Shown here: piece by piece, positions 7,117 to 13,976 of the stretch
How positions within the stretch are numbered: position 1 is the first letter of the stretch
Layout: each line of letters begins with the position of its first letter
Virus record (IMG/VR): IMGVR_UViG_3300034685_000369
Span: 1 to 30,522 of that record
DNA: 30,522 nt
Strand: one strand, 5' to 3'
Source: a virus
Taxonomy: Duplodnaviria > Caudoviricetes
Position numbers and translations under genes: made by a program
Notes under the pieces: model-generated
The model's input: only the letters and a program-made list of their open reading frames with translations
Database searches by the model: none
Told to the model about the DNA's origin: nothing

Positions 7117-7231
7117 TGATACTATTTAGTACTTCCTTCCGTATACAGAACTTAATGTACTTTTTGTTCTGTATACAATATCTAACCTTAACTGTTAGAT
7201 TTTGGTAGGAAAGACTAAATTTTTTCATATT

Positions 7232-7263
7232 CAAAGATAGGAAATTTATTTTGAAGTAAGAAA
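7232..7263 (-). promoter_or_regulatory. Bacteroidota primary-sigma-type early promoter
   Basis: Minus strand reads TTTC-N20-TATCTTTG, matching the TTTG(-33)/TAnnTTTG(-7) consensus. Confidence 0.7.
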
Positions 7264-7337
7264 CATATTCTGCAAAAGGTTATTAAAATTCAAGGTTTAA
7301 CCGCAAAAATCCGTTAAAAAAACTGTTAAATATATAT

Positions 7338-7365
7338 AAAAAAAGGACCGTTTCCGGTCCTTTTT
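7338..7365. terminator. Intrinsic (bidirectional) terminator
   Basis: AAAAAAAGGACCG-TTTC-CGGTCCTTTTT just downstream of the 7381..8190 stop. Confidence 0.85.
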
Positions 7366-7380
7366 CAACTTTTCTTAACC

Positions 7381-8190
7381 TTATTCAAGGTCATTCGTAA
7401 CTTCTGACGTTTCGTTAACGGTTTCCAACGTTTCGTCCATTTCCGATAATTCTTGACGAATTTTTGTGACTTCGTTCCGTAATTCGACAATTTTTGCGTT
7501 CAATTCGGTCATCTTTTTTACCAATTTTTCGCGTTTTTTAACGGGGTCGTCGTTTTCGGACAACTCCATTAAACGTTTTTCTGCCCGTTTTAATGTTTCC
7601 GGGTCAATTTCGTCCGAAATTTTGCCAATATTTGACAAGGTTTTGTAAAATTGACGGTTGGTCTTTTCGTCGACCAACTTTAACAAAACCGTATTGGTCC
7701 TCTTATCGAGGACCACCGACTTGATTAAAAACCGGTTGTCCGAAATTTCCGTAAACCTTCCGACATAAGACCACGCCTGTTTTAACAGGTTTTCGACGTC
7801 TTTTTCCGTTTTCGGACTTATTGACCTTTGTTTGGGACTAAAGTCCTCCACCTTCTCGTCCAAAATTTCGATTAAATCGGACCCGAATGCCTTACGAATA
7901 ACTTTCCCGGTTTTTAAGTCTTTGACGGTCCATAAAGGGTTTTTAGCACGAACGTCGTCCAAAACCCCTGTTACCACACCCTCGACCCATTGAATGGAAT
8001 TGAACGGGACAACCCGGGCACGATACCCGATTTTGGACTTCATTTTTTTAACGACTTCAGACCTTGTCAGGGTTTCAGTTTCTTGAACTTCATTGGAAGT
8101 TTCTTGCATGTCCTCATCTATGTTAACATAGATTGGACTTTCTTGACTGTTAACAGTTGTTAACAAGTCCTGGTCTTTCTTAGTTTTCAT
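7381..8190 (-). CDS. Hypothetical protein with C-terminal coiled coil; first gene of the leftward arm
   Basis: 269 aa, K/E-rich; two loosely similar beta-rich segments (GVLDDVRAK / SVVLDKRTN); has its own terminator. Confidence 0.8.
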   Translation of the reverse strand: MKTKKDQDLLTTVNSQESPIYVNIDEDMQETSNEVQETETLTRSEVVKKMKSKIGYRARVVPFNSIQWVEGVVTGVLDDVRAKNPLWTVKDLKTGKVIRKAFGSDLIEILDEKVEDFSPKQRSISPKTEKDVENLLKQAWSYVGRFTEISDNRFLIKSVVLDKRTNTVLLKLVDEKTNRQFYKTLSNIGKISDEIDPETLKRAEKRLMELSENDDPVKKREKLVKKMTELNAKIVELRNEVTKIRQELSEMDETLETVNETSEVTNDLE

Positions 8191-8270
8191 ATTACAATTT
8201 GTTAAAGAACGTTATTAGTAGCAAAATACTACTAATATCCAATTGGACTGTGGTCCTTAATTGAACAGTA

Positions 8271-8302
8271 TAAAGATAGAAAAATAAATTGAATTACGAT
8301 AC
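8271..8302 (-). promoter_or_regulatory. Possible promoter for 7381..8190
   Basis: TATCTTTA variant of the -7 box, with context resembling the 7232 promoter. Confidence 0.4.
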
Positions 8303-8384
8303 TAAAGGAAGTTAAAGTTTGACTTCAAAAATAGGTCGAAAAGTTAATAAATATTAAAGAATAACCCCCTATACAGAACTTATT

Positions 8385-8610
8385 TTATAAGTCGTATTTA
8401 TAATTGTAACTACACTTATAAATCGAATTTATAACGACGTATAAAAGTCTCGTTAAATATAGAACCTAATTTATAAATTAAATTTATAAGTTAGGACAAT
8501 ATATAAGTCAAATCTATAATTATAAGTTATAAGTCAAATCTATAATTAAGAACAATATATAAGTCAAATTTATAACTTATAAGATATAAGTTATATCTAT
8601 ATTGTGACTA
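8385..8610. repeat. Degenerate AT-rich repeats (TATAAGTCAAATYTATAA)
   Basis: Near-exact copies at ~8502, ~8528, ~8558 plus degenerate copies. Confidence 0.75.
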
Positions 8611-8833
8611 CCCTTATAAGTACTACTTATTAGGTTTAGTTAACAAATGTTTTTAGTTAATAGTTATAGGACTGCTAAAATTAACATTCGTTAACTGAAG
8701 AGGTTTTAAGGAAGGTAAGAAAATAAGTAGTTAATTTGCAAATATTTAGCTAATAAAATTGAAAGAGGATAGGTTAATTGCTGAATTAGGTTAAAGGAGA
8801 TTAAGGACTTTTGCAATTAGGATTTTAACTATA

Positions 8834-8883
8834 ATTTACATTTGTAAATTTACATTTGTTAATTTTAGTTTACATTTGTAAAT
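8834..8883. repeat. TTTACATTTGT x3
   Basis: Three closely spaced copies, quasi-palindromic TTTACA-TT-TGTAAA. Confidence 0.75.
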
Positions 8884-9006
8884 AGGTCATTCTCCTTCAA
8901 TTTTAGTACTTATTAACATTCGTTGACACTTATTAACAAATTGACTTATTCTCCTTTATTTAACGCTTGTTAACACTTATTAACAACTCCACCTATCAAC
9001 CTTTCT

Positions 9007-9236
9007 TTACAATTCTTTGCACTTATTAACAGTTCCCCCTATTAGGTTCTATTTACAATTCTTTGCACTTGTTAACAGATTAGGTTATTAGTTATCTCTT
9101 ACAATTCTTTGCACTTGTTAACAGAATAGGTTATTAGACATCTCTTACAATTCTTTGCACTTGTTAACAGAATAGGTTATTAGACACTTCTTACAATTCT
9201 TTGAACTTATTAGCAGTTCCCCCTATTAGGTTTGGT
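9007..9236. repeat. 46-bp period tandem repeat x5 with 26-bp core TTACAATTCTTTGCACTTRTTAACAG
   Basis: Units start at 9007, 9053, 9099, 9145, 9191; degenerate sixth at 9237. Confidence 0.92.
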
Positions 9237-9505
9237 TCACAAATCTTGACAAGTTTTAAGAAGTGACTCTAATTTAGATTTTAACATATTTTTGAAATTA
9301 GGGGGTAGGTTGATGGAAGAGGGGCCCTTTATAATATATATAGAGCAAGGCGCGTCTCGAAAAATAAAATTTGAGCCAAATCTATATCCCCAACAATTCT
9401 ACCTAAACCCGGTTTTTGTACGGTAATAAGCCATTGGCTCCCATAAAAAATTATAGGGGCCATAAGCCTTTTAGCGGATACGGGGGAAAATTGGTACAAA
9501 TTTCA

Positions 9506-10046
9506 TAAACAATAAATGGAATTATTGTTTAAGACTAACTGCTTGACACCCAGCTCGATAGAGGCCTTTTAAACAATAAACGAGAAAAAACGGACTAAAC
9601 TTTTTTTCGTCAATTGTAAATGAATGCTAAAAAAATAATTTGGGACTTTATCCTAAAAATATTTCGAATTTTAAACAATAAACGAAATTATTGTTTAAGA
9701 CTAACTGCCTGATACACAACTCGATAGAGGCCTTTTAAACAATAAACGAGAAAAAACGGACTAAACTTTTTTTCGTCAATCGCAAATGAAAGCTAAAATC
9801 AGGCCCGAAAAAAGCCTATAAAAAAATTTAAGCCTTTATCCCAAAAATATCTCAAATTTTAAACAATAAACGAAATTATTGTTTAAGACTAACTGTCTGG
9901 TATACAAGCCAATAGGAGCCTTTTAAACAATAAACGAGAAAAAACGGACTAAACTTTTTTTCGTCAATTGCAAATGAAAGCTAAAATCAAGTTGAAAATA
10001 AAATTGACTGTTTTACTCAAAAATATTTTGAGTTTTAAACAATAAA
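9506..10046. repeat. Long direct repeats x3 (+partial), periods 166/188/176 bp
   Basis: Units start at 9506, 9672, 9860, 10036; each full unit has TAAACAATAA-N6-TTATTGTTTA and the block TTTTAAACAATAAACGAGAAAAAACGGACTAAACTTTTTTTCGTCAAT. Confidence 0.93.
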
Positions 10047-10179
10047 ATGGACTCAAATCGCAAAAATTCGCAAATTTAACATTTTAACTCTTTGATTTTC
10101 AATGAATAAACAAAATAAACACAACCTTTAGTTTATTGTTTAAGAAAATTTATATTGATTTTCAAGTAGTTAGGGGGCC

Positions 10180-10307
10180 TTTTAAACAATAAACAATAAT
10201 TTTAATACAAACTTTCCATTGGAAAATGAGCTTAAACGCTAAAATTTTAGCATTTAAGCTCATTTCGCCCAGAAAGTTATATAGATTTTATTGTTTATTG
10301 TTTAAAA
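10180..10307. repeat. Long inverted repeat with a 42-bp near-perfect palindromic core (10224-10265)
   Basis: AAATGAGCTTAAACGCTAAAA|TTTTAGCATTTAAGCTCATTT (one mismatch), plus perfect 20-bp outer arms at 10180-10199 and 10288-10307. Confidence 0.92.
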
Positions 10308-10631
10308 TGCCAGTTTTTAGGCCTGTAACCCCCTCATTTTTAATAGGTTATTCCATAAACAATCATTGTTTATTATTGTTTAAGATTTGTGCCCGCTAAG
10401 CCGCTAACCACTTTATTTACAGACAATTAAGCTCTTTCGAAGGTCAAAAATTATTGTTTATGAAGGCTCCGAAACTCAAACAAAGAATTGTATCGCGCTG
10501 ATTTTTAGCTCGTTACATTTTTACTCCGTTTTTTAGCACTTTTTGTTCTCCCGCAAGCCACTTTTTTAAGGGGAGTTCCCATAAAAATGAAAATACGGGA
10601 TAACCTTTAGGTAAATTTTTAGCTTAAAATA

Positions 10632-10663
10632 TTTCCTCGTTTAAATTTTAATTTTTATATTTG
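10632..10663 (+). promoter_or_regulatory. Bacteroidota-type promoter upstream of the terminase genes
   Basis: TTTC-N20-TATATTTG, ending 26 bp before the ATG at 10690. Confidence 0.7.
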
Positions 10664-10689
10664 TATTCGTAACGCTATATTCTCTTTAT

Positions 10690-11436
10690 ATGGAACCCGT
10701 AAAAGATAAACTCGATAAACTGATACCCGACAGAGGGTCGTTGCCGAGCCCCGGTTTGGCAAATGCGATAAACGATTTGCAAACTGCCGAGGCAGAGAAG
10801 CTGTTAGACTCGGAGCGTAGGGCGAAAGCCCGCAGGTTGAGGGCCAAAGTAAAATATTATAAGAATAAGTACGGGCCGGAATACGAGCCCGAGTTCGACG
10901 AAGAGGGCAATTATATAGAACCGCTATACCCGCCGGAATTAACGACGAAAACGATACTCAAAGAAGACGATTACGAAATAGTGACGACCCCCCTCATAGA
11001 CGACGAAAAGACGGACGTCATGTTCACGGGTCAGTATGCCCACCTAAACGGCACTACTTCCCCCCAAATCGCCCGCCTGTTCAAGAGGCTCAATATAGAC
11101 GAGACGGTCAGGCTCACCAAATCCGAAATGTTCGACCTTGTCGCCACACTCATGATGTGCAACGAGAAACAACTGAAGGCTATCCTAAACAACAGGCGTG
11201 TGCCGGCCGCAGTGCGCATTATCGTCAAAGCCCTGGAGACCGATATGAAAGTAGGCTCTCTGGACACCGTAGAGAAGCTATGGGACAGGATTTTCGGCAA
11301 GCCTTCGCAGACGGCCAATATTATAGACGAGAGGCCCGTGTCGGCCCTGCAAGAGTTGTTGCCCGGCGTTAAACCGGGGAAAACCATTAGTCGAGAGGCG
11401 TATTTGCTGATTAAAGAACGGCTATTCGGAGATTGA
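10690..11436 (+). CDS. terS: Putative terminase small subunit
   Basis: Immediately upstream of terL; C-terminal helical motif TVEKLWDRIFGKPSQ typical of small-terminase-like proteins. Confidence 0.65.
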   Translation: MEPVKDKLDKLIPDRGSLPSPGLANAINDLQTAEAEKLLDSERRAKARRLRAKVKYYKNKYGPEYEPEFDEEGNYIEPLYPPELTTKTILKEDDYEIVTTPLIDDEKTDVMFTGQYAHLNGTTSPQIARLFKRLNIDETVRLTKSEMFDLVATLMMCNEKQLKAILNNRRVPAAVRIIVKALETDMKVGSLDTVEKLWDRIFGKPSQTANIIDERPVSALQELLPGVKPGKTISREAYLLIKERLFGD

Positions 11437-11460
11437 CCTCCTTCCTTATACATTATATAT

Positions 11461-13032
11461 ATGAGCTACACGCAGAAATCCCAATCGCAACCTACCGCTT
11501 TAATGCGCGATACGACGCCTGTACCGCTCGACCCGGTACAGGTACTGCGCTTAGAGTTGTTGACCTCGCTCACGAAATACACGAAAGCGATGTTCAAAGC
11601 GCAGCACAAGCGCTCGTTCGTGCTCGCGCGCCACCACGAGTTGATAATCGAGAAACTCGAAGGAGTGCTCGACGGTAAAATCAAACGCCTCATCATTAAT
11701 ATAGCGCCGCGTTACTCCAAAACGGAGCTGGTGGTAAAACAGTTCATAAGTGCGGGGTACGCGCTTAACCCCAGATGCAACTTCATGCACCTGTCCTATT
11801 CCGACGCACTCGTTAACGACAACTCCGCGCAGATACGGGAATTGATGAACCTGCCTATATACAGAGAGTTGTTCCCCGAGTCCGCTTTGGAGAAACCCGG
11901 TAAAGCCTCGTCCGAACGATGGAAGACGAAAGCCGGCGGCGAGTTCTACGCGGTATCGACGCAAGGTCAGGTAACCGGCTTCGGTGCTGGTCAGGTGGAC
12001 GATATAGAGGCCGACAACCTGGATAACGAGTGGTTACGTTACGACGACGAGTTCCTCAACAAGTTGGGGCTTATAGGGGCTAACTCCAACGTATTCAGCG
12101 GGGCTATCATCATAGACGACCCCATCAAACCCGACGATGCGCTGTCCGATATACTGCGAGAGAGGGTCAACCAGCGCTTCGAGACGACCATACGCTCCCG
12201 TACCAACTCCCGCAATACGCCCATCATCATCATTATGCAACGCCTGCACGAGCACGACTTGTGCGGATACCTCCTGGAGAAGGAGCCCGACGAGTGGGAA
12301 GTGCTGTCGCTGCCGGCCATACAGGCAGACCCGGAGACTGGAGAAGAGTTCGCGCTCTGGCCGTTCAAGCATACGTTGGAAGAGTTGTACCGCCTCCGCG
12401 AAGCAGACCCGATGGTGTTCGAGACACAGTACATGCAAGACCCGAAACCGAGAGAAGGCCTGTTGTACACGCACTTCGGCACCTATACTACGATACCTCA
12501 GGAGCCCGGTATGAAGCGATGCAACTATACCGACACGGCCGATACCGGAGCGGACTTCCTGTGCTCGATAGACTTCGTCATGGGTAAAGAGTACAACTAC
12601 GTTATAGATGTGCTGTATACGAATGCCCCCATGGAGGTTACGGAGCCCGCCACGGCTCAAATGCTCACGAAGGACAGGATAGACTTGGCAAGGATAGAGA
12701 GTAATAACGGCGGTCGCGGATTTGCCCGTGCGGTCATGCGCTTATTGAAGACGGACTTCCGGAATTTCAAAACGACGGTGACGTGGTTCACGCAGTCGCA
12801 GAATAAATACGTACGCATACACACGCAATCGGCGGAGGTAATGAACACGACGCTTATGCCCGAGGATTGGGCGACGCGCTGGCCTAAGTTCCATACCGCT
12901 TTGATGTCCTACAGGAAGGACAACAAACGCCGCAGTCAGCACGACGACGCGCCGGACGCCCTGACAGGTACGTACGAGATGCGGGACAAGGTTGCAAAAA
13001 AGAAAAAGATAAAACAGCTCAATGCTAAATAA
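11461..13032 (+). CDS. terL: Terminase large subunit
   Basis: Walker A INIAPRYSKT, Walker B AIIIDDP, IMQRLH motif, QYMQDP, nuclease-domain YTDTAD, IESNNGG and HDDAPDA. Confidence 0.95.
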   Translation: MSYTQKSQSQPTALMRDTTPVPLDPVQVLRLELLTSLTKYTKAMFKAQHKRSFVLARHHELIIEKLEGVLDGKIKRLIINIAPRYSKTELVVKQFISAGYALNPRCNFMHLSYSDALVNDNSAQIRELMNLPIYRELFPESALEKPGKASSERWKTKAGGEFYAVSTQGQVTGFGAGQVDDIEADNLDNEWLRYDDEFLNKLGLIGANSNVFSGAIIIDDPIKPDDALSDILRERVNQRFETTIRSRTNSRNTPIIIIMQRLHEHDLCGYLLEKEPDEWEVLSLPAIQADPETGEEFALWPFKHTLEELYRLREADPMVFETQYMQDPKPREGLLYTHFGTYTTIPQEPGMKRCNYTDTADTGADFLCSIDFVMGKEYNYVIDVLYTNAPMEVTEPATAQMLTKDRIDLARIESNNGGRGFARAVMRLLKTDFRNFKTTVTWFTQSQNKYVRIHTQSAEVMNTTLMPEDWATRWPKFHTALMSYRKDNKRRSQHDDAPDALTGTYEMRDKVAKKKKIKQLNAK

Positions 13033-13072
13033 CGTTAAATAATGCTAAAATAGAGATTTTTAACGCCGATTA

Positions 13073-13104
13073 TTTTATTATATAAAGAATAATATATATA
13101 TTTG
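13073..13104 (+). promoter_or_regulatory. Bacteroidota-type promoter upstream of the structural operon
   Basis: TATATTTG at 13097-13104 with a T-run 20 bp upstream. Confidence 0.6.
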
Positions 13105-13138
13105 TTTACGAAATTATTAACTATTAATACGAATTATT

Positions 13139-13780
13139 ATGGGATTAAATTGTGCATGTCCTCCCGCAGCGTCGTTAACCGGATTTGCTATTCCCGAATG
13201 CCTCGAAGGGTTCGGCCAAGTGAACAAAGTTATCTTTCAGCGCATATTCTCTGCAGCAGGTACGAAAAATAAGCTCATAGGCGACCCTGCGGCATTGGCT
13301 TCTTGGACTCCGGCATTTCTTGCCGACGACGGAACGAAAATGGTCATTACTCCTTACGTATCTAACCCTACGGTTACCGCGGGAGCGAAAAAGACTTACG
13401 GAGGCGGCAACGCCACTCCCGGAGGATTGATTAAGATTATCGGTGCCGAGCCTACCGCATTCACGGCACAATTCGACGATATGCCGCAATCGGTTATTAA
13501 GGCGATGAAGGCGTTAATGTGTGAAAACGTAGGCGTGTACCTCGTCAACGAGAGAGGGCAGATAGGCCTCAAGAAAGTAACAATTGACGGCACTCCTGTT
13601 ACGTACGAATACATGCCTATCCCTATCGCTTCGCTGTTCATCGGCGACAAGGTCTTGGGCGGGCTCGATAATCCCGATACCAACGCCATCGAGTGGAACT
13701 GGCCGGCTAATTGGAGCGACGACTTTGCCGTTATTACGCCTAACTTCGACGCGCTCGGCGCATTGGTAAATTCGATTTGA
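13139..13780 (+). CDS. Major structural protein, probable tail tube protein
   Basis: CxCP..C.E.FGQ..K..FQR N-terminus recalled from B40-8/B124-14-type major virion proteins; size and beta-rich composition fit a tail tube. Confidence 0.65.
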   Translation: MGLNCACPPAASLTGFAIPECLEGFGQVNKVIFQRIFSAAGTKNKLIGDPAALASWTPAFLADDGTKMVITPYVSNPTVTAGAKKTYGGGNATPGGLIKIIGAEPTAFTAQFDDMPQSVIKAMKALMCENVGVYLVNERGQIGLKKVTIDGTPVTYEYMPIPIASLFIGDKVLGGLDNPDTNAIEWNWPANWSDDFAVITPNFDALGALVNSI

Positions 13781-13781
13781 T

Positions 13782-13976
13782 ATGGCAAAGCAGACTTTTG
13801 TAGAGTTGTACTCGCCCGAGTTATGCATGCTGTATAGCTTCGAAATAGGGCACGCGACGCGTATATTGCGCGACGCAAACGCTTCCTGGGTATTACCGGA
13901 AAACAGTAAATACGAATTTGTCGATAATGAGCTTAAGCTTAGAACAAATAAAAGAAAGTCTAACGAGCCCGAGTAA
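13782..13976 (+). CDS. Small hypothetical protein in the structural operon
   Basis: 64 aa, coupled to both neighbours; F.I.HA.RIL...W.LPE.S.YEF motif. Confidence 0.7.
   Translation: MAKQTFVELYSPELCMLYSFEIGHATRILRDANASWVLPENSKYEFVDNELKLRTNKRKSNEPE

Noticed and set aside
7025-7234. Minus-strand 69-aa ORF
   Set aside because: It starts inside the predicted -7 promoter box and runs through hairpins and repeats; more likely an untranslated leader, though not fully excluded
9007-9236. CRISPR array
   Set aside because: The 20-bp 'spacers' are short and homologous to each other, and no cas genes are present in the window
11990-12100. Acidic insertion before the TerL Walker B motif as a possible intein
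   Set aside because: Only ~35 aa and lacks intein splice residues (N-terminal Cys/Ser, C-terminal His-Asn); looks like a variable loop
11031-12942. Many overlapping ORFs within terS/terL
   Set aside because: Shadow ORFs caused by GC-rich codon usage in the real genes; no recognisable motifs
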